DNA of 39,724 nt from an uncultured archaeon (GCA_964631415.1 CAZVZC010000016.1:1-39724); one strand, 5' to 3'; counted from the first letter of the stretch, positions 27,740 through 37,046 are shown. Notes: a model not told the origin generated them from the sequence alone. Numbers and translations: made by a program.

Positions 27740-27835
27740 TTGCATCTGATGACCAAGAGAAAGATTGCAGCCATCTTCTTCGTGATGCTGTTCTTGGTGT
27801 CGATTATTGCGGCAGTCTACGAGTTCCTCAAGTAG
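27740..27835 (+). CDS. Unannotated 28-31 aa membrane micro-protein (MHLMTKRKIAAIFFVMLFLVSIIAAVYEFLK)
   Basis: GGAGG at 27727-27731, then TTG 27740 or ATG 27749, a basic patch, one TM helix and tandem TAG TAG stops. Confidence 0.7.
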   Translation: MHLMTKRKIAAIFFVMLFLVSIIAAVYEFLK

Positions 27836-27887
27836 TAGACCCGTGTCGTTGAGCCGAGAACTGATGCCTTCTGATCGTGGCCACCGG

Positions 27888-28067
27888 ATACCGTACATTA
27901 TCAGCTCGACAAAGCGGGACATGGGCTTCTGCCCTCCTAGAAATGGCAGCGGGGTTGTACTCCTTGAGGTCAGTCCCTTCCAAACCGACGTCAGGAACCG
28001 AATCAGTCAAGAGATCTCTGAGCCCAAATATGAGAGTGTTCAGGATTGTCCAACCTTTGAGAGGCTG
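27888..28067 (+). repeat. Dispersed repeat, diverged copy C
   Basis: Shares ATACCGTACATT and CCTCCyAGAAAyGGCA..GGGGTyGTACTCCTTGrGG with the copies at 34.8 kb and 39.6 kb. Confidence 0.75.
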
Positions 28068-28211
28068 TCACACTCCCTTGACCCGTTTGACAACCGGTGG
28101 ACGGATCTTGTAGAGAATTCTACCGCCGCAGTACGGACACTTGACACCTGGCAAAGTCTTGAGTCCCTCAGGAGTCACTTCGTGCTTGCAAGAGTGGCAT
28201 ATGTAGACCAT
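28068..28211 (-). CDS. rpo12: RNA polymerase subunit P (Rpo12)
   Basis: MVYICHSC...KCPYCGGRILYKIRPPVVKRVK. Confidence 0.93.
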   Translation of the reverse strand: MVYICHSCKHEVTPEGLKTLPGVKCPYCGGRILYKIRPPVVKRVKGV

Positions 28212-28289
28212 GATTGCCTCGCTCCGAGCCCTATGAGGCGCCTTAACGACAGGCCGAGAGTTCCCCATATGAAGCTTTTCTTCGGGCTT

Positions 28290-29879
28290 CTATTGAGAGC
28301 TGTGCAACGCTTCCCCCATCACGAGATTGGGGCTGAGAATATCTGTGACTCTCACGTTCAAAACGGTACCCGGGGAGTAGCCACCCTGAACAGTCATCAT
28401 GGGCCCGTCCGCTAGAGGATAGACCATCGTGTGGCCGTGCCTAGCCCAAGAGGGCTCGGCTGCCACGCCCCGTATGACGCGGCCGACATACTGAGCCTTC
28501 TTCGCACGATTGATCCTTTCGGCTTCCACGAGCATCCTTCTGGTCAAAGGAGCGTTGAGCGAAGGCGCCGGGAATTGCTCGAAGGCTGAACCTGGAAGTG
28601 GACGAAAACCATAGAGTATGATTCTCTGGGCACCTTCCTTGTCCAGTTCGCGCATCAATCTGACTGACTCATCCACTGTCTGCTCAGACTCGCCTGGTAG
28701 CCCATAGATCAGGTACACAAAGGGGTGCATACCGTGTTCCTTCGCAATCTTCACGGCTCTCACAACATCCGCAGGTGTGCCGCACTTGCCAATGTCACGC
28801 ATGTGTTGTTGCGATCCAGTTTCGAGCCCTATGTTGGGCCTAATCTCTTTCATGTTTCGGGATATCACGTCGCACACTTCGTCGCTCAGAAGACAAGCTT
28901 TCATGTTCTCTATGTCAATGTGAACGGACCCGTCTGCGACTTGAGGAAGGACTGCCAACGAACTTAGTAGGCGATCGACTGCATCGAGATTGGCCGCCGG
29001 TTCGCATGGATCTACGACATCTCCACTTCCCCGCATGTAGTCAAGGAAGTCTGGAGCCTCGAGAACAATTCGATGTACACCTAGGTCTAAGAGACCTCGG
29101 ACCTCCTCAACTATGGCGTCTGGAGACCTGCTTCTAGGCGGACCCCATGTGGCAGGCACGCTGCAGAAACCACAACCAGGTGGTATGTTCTCCGGACAGG
29201 CTATCCGGGCAGCTGGATCATCTGAATCGCAGTCACCACAGTCAGTACACTTGCGGCCGTCAGGAAGCCTGAGCCGCGTTCTTCTCATATTCGAGCATCC
29301 CCTGACAACCTCGACATAGACCCTGTCAGCTTGGTACGCGGGGTAGTCAACAGTGCGAGTTATAGAGGGTCTGTATTCGTCTGACATTTGGCTTGCCGAC
29401 AGCAGAGGACGACGGTCTGTCACAATTGGGTTGGGGCCGCGACGATAAGCGATGCCCTTGACATTGGAGAGATCAGTCTCACCAGATAGGAATCCCTTCC
29501 GGAGAAGCTCTTCAAGCGTTCCCTCTCCCTCTCCAATCACTATTACGTCAGGTCTGAGCTCAGACATCACCAGACTGTGGTCCGAGGAGATGGGACCCCC
29601 AACAAGAACCCTTCCAAGCGGTCTGGACATGCGCCAGCTGCTGATTACTCGTTTGGCGACTGGAAGATCCATTGTCATGGCACTCAGTGCCAAGTGCTGG
29701 AACCTGCGGTCCACGCTTCTCACTGACAAGAGCTCTTCAGCCATCTTGATTCGGCATCCGACGCCATTCTTCTCTAGGACGCCGGCCACAGTCCTAGGTC
29801 CACAACCTATGGAGTCCCGTGAACTCACTCTGCGGCCAGTACCCGAGCTGAGAGCGTCAACGATTAGCACTTCTGACAT
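28290..29879 (-). CDS. B12-binding-domain radical SAM protein with a C-terminal TRAM-like domain
   Basis: LVGGP, IGEGE, EVVRGC...GCGFC, GLETGS and IYGLPGES. Confidence 0.88.
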   Translation of the reverse strand: MSEVLIVDALSSGTGRRVSSRDSIGCGPRTVAGVLEKNGVGCRIKMAEELLSVRSVDRRFQHLALSAMTMDLPVAKRVISSWRMSRPLGRVLVGGPISSDHSLVMSELRPDVIVIGEGEGTLEELLRKGFLSGETDLSNVKGIAYRRGPNPIVTDRRPLLSASQMSDEYRPSITRTVDYPAYQADRVYVEVVRGCSNMRRTRLRLPDGRKCTDCGDCDSDDPAARIACPENIPPGCGFCSVPATWGPPRSRSPDAIVEEVRGLLDLGVHRIVLEAPDFLDYMRGSGDVVDPCEPAANLDAVDRLLSSLAVLPQVADGSVHIDIENMKACLLSDEVCDVISRNMKEIRPNIGLETGSQQHMRDIGKCGTPADVVRAVKIAKEHGMHPFVYLIYGLPGESEQTVDESVRLMRELDKEGAQRIILYGFRPLPGSAFEQFPAPSLNAPLTRRMLVEAERINRAKKAQYVGRVIRGVAAEPSWARHGHTMVYPLADGPMMTVQGGYSPGTVLNVRVTDILSPNLVMGEALHSSQ

Positions 29880-30047
29880 CTGGTCTACAGGCAACAAGTC
29901 AGTGTCCTTCTCTCTTTATTCTTCCTGACCGACAGCCAACCGTGCCAGAAACGCACGTATGGGGCATCTTGGGAGAGCTTATATCTGGGGCTGTCGGCAT
30001 AGAAGACCAGCAAATCGCTGGAAAACAAGTTTCAGGAGTAATTTAGG

Positions 30048-30374
30048 CTGAGTACAGACGGAGGTATTTGCCCAAACTGTGGCTTGCCCATGGATCTGTG
30101 CGTCTGTCAGACAATCGCACAGGAAGAAGCTAGAATAACTGTGAGCGTCGAACGCAGAAAGTGGGGTCGCCTGACCACCATAGTTGAAGGCTTCGACAAG
30201 AATACTGATCTCGGTCAAGTCGCCACGAAGCTGAAGAGCAAACTGGCCTGTGGAGGGGCTGCAAAGCATGGCCATATTGAGCTTCAGGGGGACCACCGTG
30301 GAGTCATTAAGGACATACTAAATGGCCTCGGCTTCCCTGATTCAGCGATCGCAGTAGACTGGGCCGGCAGATAG
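30048..30374 (+). CDS. sui1: Translation initiation factor aIF1/SUI1, probable CUG start
   Basis: GICPNCGLPMDLCVC, LKSKLACGG and IELQGDHR. In-frame TAA at 30039-30041 and SD AGGAG 9 nt before CTG 30048. Confidence 0.9.
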   Translation: MSTDGGICPNCGLPMDLCVCQTIAQEEARITVSVERRKWGRLTTIVEGFDKNTDLGQVATKLKSKLACGGAAKHGHIELQGDHRGVIKDILNGLGFPDSAIAVDWAGR

Positions 30375-30536
30375 GCAGGACAAGCAACAGCCGAAAGAGC
30401 ATCCAACCGCTTGTGCCCTCTGAGTGACAAGCGTTTCTCAGTGGTACGTGTATGCGTTTCAACTACAGAGATATCTGAATCCTAAAACGTACAGTGGCTG
30501 CTCTGCATTCATGCGGCACGATAGAATCTGAACCCC

Positions 30537-31502
30537 TCACATAACGTTTAAGCTCATAGAGTCGATGCCGAGGACTCTGACGATTTCCTTGTACCTGTTG
30601 CGCACGGTGACCTCCGTCACTCGCGCAACCTCAGCAATCTCACGCTGGGTCCTTCTCTCATCCATCATGATTGATGCAACATAGATGGCGGCTGCCGCAA
30701 GACCAAGGGGGTCACGGCCAATTGTGAGACCCATGTCGCGACTCTGTTTGAGGATCTCAACAGTCCTCAGCTGCACTGGGCTGGACAGAGAGAGTTCGGA
30801 GGCAAATCGCGATATGTAGTCGACAGGATTGCTCAATGGTATCTTGATGCTCAGACTCCTGAGAAGCAACCTATAACACTGTCCAAGCTTCTTCTTGTCC
30901 ACTCTCGAAGCGTCTGCAACCTCATCCAGCGGACGTGGCTTCAGTCGTATCCGACAGGCCGCATAGAGGGTTGCAGCAACCATGGCCTCAATGGAGCGTC
31001 CACGAACAAGCTTCTGGAGGATTGACTTCCTATAGAGAAGTGCGGACAGCTCGCGTATCTGTTTTGGAATCCCGAGCTGCGAAGCCAGCCTCTCAAGCTC
31101 TGACATCGCCTGGGCCAAGTTCCTGTCCATGGAACTGTGAACCCTAGAACGAATCTGCCACTTCCGCAGACGGTAGATCTCTGACCTTCGATTCGGGCTC
31201 AGCTTCCGACCTGCCGTGTCTCTGTCGCGCCAGTCAATGACTGTTGAGAGACCCTTGTCATGGACTGAGTAGCGAAGGGGCGCACCCACTCTGCTCCGTG
31301 CATCAGACTCCTCGGAACTGAAAGCTCTCCACTCAGCTCCCGTGTCAATGCGGTGATCGGACAGGACAAGACCACAACCACCGCACACGCGTTCCCCTCT
31401 CGTCATGTCTTCAACGACAGACGTTGATCCGCATTCGGGACAGGATGTATGTTCCGCCGGAGTCTGCTCGGACGACCCCTTACTAGACGGAGAATCACGC
31501 AT
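30537..31502 (-). CDS. tfb: Transcription initiation factor IIB, paralog 2
   Basis: CPECG..CGGCG, DTGAEWRAF, HDKGLST and TEVTVRNRYK. Start could also be GTG 31511. Confidence 0.96.
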   Translation of the reverse strand: MRDSPSSKGSSEQTPAEHTSCPECGSTSVVEDMTRGERVCGGCGLVLSDHRIDTGAEWRAFSSEESDARSRVGAPLRYSVHDKGLSTVIDWRDRDTAGRKLSPNRRSEIYRLRKWQIRSRVHSSMDRNLAQAMSELERLASQLGIPKQIRELSALLYRKSILQKLVRGRSIEAMVAATLYAACRIRLKPRPLDEVADASRVDKKKLGQCYRLLLRSLSIKIPLSNPVDYISRFASELSLSSPVQLRTVEILKQSRDMGLTIGRDPLGLAAAAIYVASIMMDERRTQREIAEVARVTEVTVRNRYKEIVRVLGIDSMSLNVM

Positions 31503-31773
31503 CTGACCCACTTCTGCGCCTCCTTTCACGCCCGAGCCGGAACTACGCTGCCAGAAGTCGCTGACAGATGAACTATCGATACAGTCTCCCGGGCCAACGT
31601 CCAACCAAGCGGATGACGCCTTTTAAGGATTGAGCCGAGTCATGACGCCGAACATGTGGAGCTCGACAGCTCAAGCCGAGAGCCTACTCCTTCCAGTCCA
31701 TCACTTTGGGTCAAGTGCGAGCTGCCGTGGTGCGAACAGCATGTCAAACCAAGGCGACCTGCCAGGTTCGTGT

Positions 31774-32706
31774 CTATGTTGTCTGTTCGTGACCGTCAGG
31801 TGTCACAATGACAGTGTGCTCACTCTGGGTAACAAACTCCCCTTTCTCCTCAGCGAGGATATGATGCGCATAGAGCGCCCCACTGTGACGCAACTCACGT
31901 ATGGCAATCTTGAGCGTCGCATACTTCATCTTCTCCGCCATCCAGCGCTCAGCAAACGGAAAACCTTGGAACTCCTTTCGCGCTATGCCCAAGAACTCCT
32001 TCGTGCCCTTGAAACGGACTGGAACTCTTATGGGAAGCAACTGATAGATCAGCGGGTTTGGCAGATCCGTCACGTTTCCAGAACCCGTGCTGGCAAAGGT
32101 TTCTATCGCGTAGGTTTCGCCCTCCTCTACCAGCACCTCAGACTTGCCCGATACACAGGGAACCTGCTTATCGGCATGGAGCTCATACTCCTTGAGTTGG
32201 TGCCCAGAGAGCTGCCTAATGGGCTCGAAGCCCGCGCTCTTGATCGTGTCCTCAATCAGAGCTCCTATTGAGTTCAGCTTCGCACCGGGGCGCATAAGCT
32301 CAACCGCGACTCTTGTCGCATCGACTGAGGCCTTCACAAGACTCTCATGCTCAGGGTTGAGTGCGACAGTGAAAGCGCTGTCTGATATGCAACCTTCGAC
32401 ATGGGCTCCACAGTCTACTGTCACTAGGTCGCCATCGGCAATGACGGTTTCATCGTTTAGCGGCGAAGTGTAGTGAGCAGCGATGTTGTTTATGGCCACA
32501 TTGCAGGGAAACGAGGGGCCCGAGGCGTTGGCTCGAATGTGTTTCTCGACTGCCTCTACAATATCAATGACTTTCGTGCCCGGTTTGACCATCGGACGGG
32601 CAATCTCAAGTGCCTCGCGGGCCACAACACCAGCACGTTTCCATTTTGACCACTTGTCTTCCGGTTCCTCGCCAGTTTCGGTGGAGGAACGCTTTTCATC
32701 GGACAT
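31774..32706 (-). CDS. map: Type II methionine aminopeptidase
   Basis: FPCN..AAHYT, DCGAHVEGCISDSAFT, LSGH, AIETFAS and QSEHT. Confidence 0.96.
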   Translation of the reverse strand: MSDEKRSSTETGEEPEDKWSKWKRAGVVAREALEIARPMVKPGTKVIDIVEAVEKHIRANASGPSFPCNVAINNIAAHYTSPLNDETVIADGDLVTVDCGAHVEGCISDSAFTVALNPEHESLVKASVDATRVAVELMRPGAKLNSIGALIEDTIKSAGFEPIRQLSGHQLKEYELHADKQVPCVSGKSEVLVEEGETYAIETFASTGSGNVTDLPNPLIYQLLPIRVPVRFKGTKEFLGIARKEFQGFPFAERWMAEKMKYATLKIAIRELRHSGALYAHHILAEEKGEFVTQSEHTVIVTPDGHEQTT

Positions 32707-32782
32707 GCTTCTCACCTTTCTCGATATGAACTAGAGGAAGCCAACTGCGGACCATTAAAAGAATGACGGATGGTCTTAGGGA

Positions 32783-33178
32783 CTATCCAAGTATCTTCTC
32801 GATTCCCTTTGCTACCCTAGTCATCGTGAAGAACAGGTAGCCAAGGTTCGCTCGCTTGTTTGTGAGAACTGACAGGATCGCGTCTTCTCCAGCACTGCAG
32901 ATGATGACGTAGCCGCTCTCACCTTCGACAAGCATCCGGACTAGCGCTCCGCGCTCAAGCTGCTTGAAGACTTTCCTTGTTTCCGTCTGAATCTGTGTAG
33001 AACGGCCCGCTATCACATCCTCTTCCGGCACCTTTGGGCCCTCTACATCACCTGGGTAGTAGGAACAGATAGTGAGACCCTGTGATTGTGATATTATCAG
33101 ACTGGCCTGAATAGTACCTTGGGAGGCCTTACTCAAATCCTTGAGAAGTTCACTCAACATGTCTGTCTTGCTGGACAA
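32783..33178 (-). CDS. Roadblock/LC7 domain protein
   Basis: ASLIISQSQGLTICS, MLVEGESGYVII.SAGEDAILSVLT..ANLG. Confidence 0.88.
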   Translation of the reverse strand: MSSKTDMLSELLKDLSKASQGTIQASLIISQSQGLTICSYYPGDVEGPKVPEEDVIAGRSTQIQTETRKVFKQLERGALVRMLVEGESGYVIICSAGEDAILSVLTNKRANLGYLFFTMTRVAKGIEKILG

Positions 33179-33226
33179 GGCTAGTTATCTCCCTAGGCGT
33201 CTTTCTGCAAATCGGTTCTGTGGTAT

Positions 33227-34000
33227 TTAAACTCTCTTCGAACCTGCCGTCTTCAGAGCCTTCACTATCTTCTTCAGACCTTCGCCCTTATCCTTCAGGA
33301 GATGCTCCTCAAGATATGTGCCCTGAACGATGATTGAAGCCCCTGCTTCCACTCCCTTCACAACAGAGATCTCATCGTTGAAACCGCCACCAGCAATCAC
33401 AGGAATCTGGACATACTGGCTGACTGTTTTAATCATCTCGGGCGGCACGCCACCACCCTCAGCACCGCTTCCTGCCTCCAGATAGACAAGCTTGAAACCC
33501 AAGAGTTCGGCGGCAAGGGCATACATAAGCGGAATCTTTGGCTTGTCACGAAGGAAGACCTTTGCATCGCCTACCCATGCGGCAGTCTTCCCGGGTGCAA
33601 TCAGCAGGTAGGCCATAGAGATAGTTTCGATGCCAAGCATCTTCACATTTGCAGCACTAAGAGCCTGAGCACCAATTATCCAGTAGGGGTTTGTGCTGTT
33701 GAGCAGGCTCATGAAGAACATTGCATCCGCGTTGCCGGTCACTCCATTCAGATTCCCTGGGAACAGGATTGTTGGGATCTCGACAGCGTCGGATATCGCC
33801 TTCACAGTCTGGTCAATGTTACCGAAAATAGTACTGCCACCAATCATGATGGCGTCGCTACCCGCTTTCTCGACAAGGGTGGCCATCTGCACTAGGGTTT
33901 CGTCAGTATTCTTGAGCGGGTCAGGGTCCAACAGCGAGAAATGACAAGCGCCCTCCTTCTCAAGGGTTTCGGTAATGTAACTCCATACCTTGCCGGGCAT
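33227..34000 (-). CDS. Geranylgeranylglyceryl phosphate synthase
   Basis: HFSLLDPD, IMIGGST, ILFPG, FMSLLNS, YLEAGSGA and AGGG. Real start is MPGKVW; the longer ORF runs into the upstream gene. Confidence 0.95.
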   Translation of the reverse strand: MPGKVWSYITETLEKEGACHFSLLDPDPLKNTDETLVQMATLVEKAGSDAIMIGGSTIFGNIDQTVKAISDAVEIPTILFPGNLNGVTGNADAMFFMSLLNSTNPYWIIGAQALSAANVKMLGIETISMAYLLIAPGKTAAWVGDAKVFLRDKPKIPLMYALAAELLGFKLVYLEAGSGAEGGGVPPEMIKTVSQYVQIPVIAGGGFNDEISVVKGVEAGASIIVQGTYLEEHLLKDKGEGLKKIVKALKTAGSKRV

Positions 34001-34044
34001 CACTAGGTCCTCCGAATGTGGTCCCTCGACTTCCATTCCGCTTT

Positions 34045-34698
34045 TTATGGTTTTGGTCGAAACTGGACTCGACGTTTCCCGAACTTTGGGAAGAGCCGTC
34101 CAGTCTGAGCGACGTACTCCCTGTACTCGTCGCCGAACTGAGAAATCAACATGGATTCCTCCGGGAATGTCACGAGGTAATATCCCGGGAGACCCACCAG
34201 CAACAGTATGGTGGCAACCGACGGTATCATCAGGAAGAGGCCGCCAAACGATAGCATGTAGGAAGTATAAGAGGGGTGTCGAATCCATCTGTAGGGGCCC
34301 TTTTTTATCAAACGATGAGCAGAACTCATCGCCCATGAGGAGGCCATGTCCTTTCTTACAAACCGGAACCAGCCATGTAGCACTATCCCGAAGGAGAGGA
34401 CTGTCAGCCCCGGGATCCAAATGACCTCAGATATATCAATGATTGGGAACATGCACAGCAGCAGGAAGGCATCCGCGGATAGAAGCCATGCTAGCGGAAT
34501 GGCCAACACAAGTATGAATGACAGCAGCGTCGAAACTGCCACAGCGGCCATTGCCAAAGCAGGAACACTCTCCTCAGGCTCCGCTGAACTCGAGGCACCA
34601 CGGTTCCTGACCTTTCTTGCATCCAAGGCCGTATGCAAAACGATATCGGAAAGAGAGAGAACACCGATGATCGGGCCTGCTATTGTGAAGTCCAACAC
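34045..34698 (-). CDS. Isoprenylcysteine carboxylmethyltransferase/phospholipid methyltransferase family protein
   Basis: HRLIKKGPYRWIRHPSY, EESMLISQFGDEYREY..TGRLFP. Confidence 0.88.
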   Translation of the reverse strand: MLDFTIAGPIIGVLSLSDIVLHTALDARKVRNRGASSSAEPEESVPALAMAAVAVSTLLSFILVLAIPLAWLLSADAFLLLCMFPIIDISEVIWIPGLTVLSFGIVLHGWFRFVRKDMASSWAMSSAHRLIKKGPYRWIRHPSYTSYMLSFGGLFLMIPSVATILLLVGLPGYYLVTFPEESMLISQFGDEYREYVAQTGRLFPKFGKRRVQFRPKP

Positions 34699-34792
34699 GA
34701 GGAGTCTGTCAGGCCTCTAAGTCTATCAGCGTTTCGGACAGTGGACTCGTATCGACAAGGCACTCGGGCCCCTGCCTCTGGACAGCTGTTAC

Positions 34793-34985
34793 ATACCGTA
34801 CATTGTGAGTTGGACAGAGTTGGACACAGGAGTCTTTGTCCTCCCAGAAACGGCACCGGGGTCGTACTCCTTGGGGCTGGAATGTGTCGAGTCAGCCTCA
34901 AAGAGATGTCTGGTTCGAGCCATTTGAGCCCTACTCAAGAATGTCCCAGATCGTTCAGCTTCTTCGCAGCTGTTGCATACCCTTT
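34793..34985 (+). repeat. Dispersed repeat copy A
   Basis: Core 34811-34925 differs at only 5 of 115 positions from the reverse complement of copy B. Confidence 0.93.
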
Positions 34986-35084
34986 ATTAGCTTCAGAGTT
35001 CTGGTTTCTCCACCACCGTCGACAAGACTTGATTGCGAAACAAAGCCGCATCAATCTTTGAGCATGATAACTGAGGATCAAGAG

Positions 35085-37046
35085 ATGACTGAGAGGAGAG
35101 TTGGCATCTTTCTCTGTCACTGTGGCAGCAACATCGCGGGAGTCGTCGACATCCCTCGTCTCATGGATACTGTCAAGAAGATTGACGGAGTGGTTCACGT
35201 AGAGGACTACAAGTATGTCTGCTCAAAGCCGGGTCAACAGATCATCAACGACAGAATCAAGGAGAAAAGACTGGACAGAGTCGTGATTGGGTCATGCTCT
35301 CCGCGCATGCACGAGGTCACCTTCAGGCAGACGATGAGAGACAGCGGTCTCAATCCCTTTATCCTAGAGATTGCCAACTTGCGGGAGCAGTGCAGCTGGA
35401 TACACCAGAATGACCCCAAGGCGGCCACAGAGAAAGCGATAGACCTAATCCGCATGGCAGTAGCCCGTGTAAAGCTCCTGGAACCACTTCAGGAACCAGT
35501 AGTCGAGGTGAAGAAGGCCAGCTTGATAATTGGCGCGGGCATCGCTGGCATCTCTGCAGCCCTCGACCTCGCCAATGCCGGATTCAAGGTCTATCTCGTG
35601 GAGAAGGAGCCAAGCATTGGAGGCAAGATGAGTCGCTGGGACAAGACCTTCCCGACTTTGGACTGTTCATCATGCATCCTCACTCCGCGCATGGCCGAGG
35701 TCGGTGCACACCCTAACATCGAGTTGTTCACGATGGCCCAAGTGGAGAAAGTCGATGGCTTCGTTGGCAACTTCGAAGTAACTGTCCGTGAGAAACCACG
35801 GTATGTGGATGTCAAGAAGTGCACATCCTGTGGCGACTGTTCAAAGGTGTGCCCGGTCGACGTCCCTGCCGAGTTCGATGCCAACCTGAGTTACAGAAGA
35901 GCTGTCTACATACCATTCGCTCAGGCTGTACCCTCATCCTATCTCATAGACATGAAGAACTGTCTGGGTGTTGATGTGATAAGGTGTGGCAAGTGCAAGG
36001 AGAAGTGCGAGCCCGGTGCCATCAACTATGAGGACCACGAGAAGATCATCAAACTGCAGGTCGGTACCATTATAGTCGCCACGGGCTTTGAGGTCTTTGA
36101 TGCCTCGCAGAAAGAGGAGTATGGCTATGGCGAGTTCCTTAACGTGGTGAACCTCGCTGAGGTCGAGAGAATGCTCAGCTCAGCCGGTCCAACACAGGGC
36201 CATGTAGTGCGGCCTTCGGACCTTCAAGAACCCAAGCGAGTCGTCTACATACAGTGTGTCGGAAGCCGTGATGAGCGTACGAACAAGTACTGCTCTCGAG
36301 TCTGCTGTATGACAGCGATAAAGCAGGCGCGGATGATCAGGGACAAACTTCGGGCTGAGGTCTTTCTGTTCTACATCGACCTGAGGACGTTTGGTAAGGG
36401 CTATGAGGAGTTTTACGAGTCGACCGCTGCAGCTGGAGTGACATTCATCAGAGGACGCGTGGGCGAGATCCTTCAGGACGACGAGACCAAGAGTCTGATA
36501 GTGCGAGGGGAGGACACGCTCTTGGGCAAGCCAATGCAGTTCGACAATGTCGACCTAGTAGTCCTGTCCACGGGTGTGGTGCCGCCCGCCTCGACCAAGG
36601 ACATTGCACACGTCCTGAATCTCAGTCAATCGCCCGATGGTTTCCTCCTTGAGGCCCATCCCAAGCTCAGACCCGTCGACTCCTTCAATGATGGCATCTT
36701 TGTGGCAGGAATGGCCCAGGGCCCAAAGGACATCCCTGACACCGTGGCTCAAGCGAAAGCGGCGGCGTCAGGTGCGATGGCACTCATGGGCAAGGGTAAG
36801 ATCACCGTCGAGCCCTACTTCTCTGTCGTCGATGAGGACAAGTGTTCAGGATGCAGAGTCTGCGTAGCAGTGTGTCCGTACAATGCAGTGACAATCACTA
36901 AGGAGGGCCGCGCTCACGTCAACCCTGCCATGTGCAAGGGATGCGGGACTTGCACGTCATCGTGCCCCTCATCAGCGATTGTTTCACAGCACTACACTGA
37001 TGGACAGATTTCCTCAATGATTGAGGAGTATCTGTCAGCCCATTAG
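35085..37046 (+). CDS. hdrA: Heterodisulfide reductase subunit A (Cys form)
   Basis: FLCHCGSNI, CSPRMHE, NLREQCSW, GAGIAG, DKTFPTLDCSSC, QCVGSRD, CSRVCC, HPKLRP and ferredoxin motifs. Start at MTERRVG after GAGGA. Confidence 0.96.
   Translation: MTERRVGIFLCHCGSNIAGVVDIPRLMDTVKKIDGVVHVEDYKYVCSKPGQQIINDRIKEKRLDRVVIGSCSPRMHEVTFRQTMRDSGLNPFILEIANLREQCSWIHQNDPKAATEKAIDLIRMAVARVKLLEPLQEPVVEVKKASLIIGAGIAGISAALDLANAGFKVYLVEKEPSIGGKMSRWDKTFPTLDCSSCILTPRMAEVGAHPNIELFTMAQVEKVDGFVGNFEVTVREKPRYVDVKKCTSCGDCSKVCPVDVPAEFDANLSYRRAVYIPFAQAVPSSYLIDMKNCLGVDVIRCGKCKEKCEPGAINYEDHEKIIKLQVGTIIVATGFEVFDASQKEEYGYGEFLNVVNLAEVERMLSSAGPTQGHVVRPSDLQEPKRVVYIQCVGSRDERTNKYCSRVCCMTAIKQARMIRDKLRAEVFLFYIDLRTFGKGYEEFYESTAAAGVTFIRGRVGEILQDDETKSLIVRGEDTLLGKPMQFDNVDLVVLSTGVVPPASTKDIAHVLNLSQSPDGFLLEAHPKLRPVDSFNDGIFVAGMAQGPKDIPDTVAQAKAAASGAMALMGKGKITVEPYFSVVDEDKCSGCRVCVAVCPYNAVTITKEGRAHVNPAMCKGCGTCTSSCPSSAIVSQHYTDGQISSMIEEYLSAH

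Noticed and set aside
31630-32271. 213-aa plus-strand ORF and the many similar antisense or alternate-frame ORFs
   Set aside because: They are shadows of well-supported genes (here map) with no motifs of their own.
34001-34420. Long N-terminal extension of GGGPS
   Set aside because: It overlaps the ICMT-family gene in another frame. The family start is at 34000.
34836-35084. 83-aa N-terminal extension of HdrA in the ORF track
   Set aside because: It runs through the repeat and leader. Homology and the SD begin at ATG 35085.
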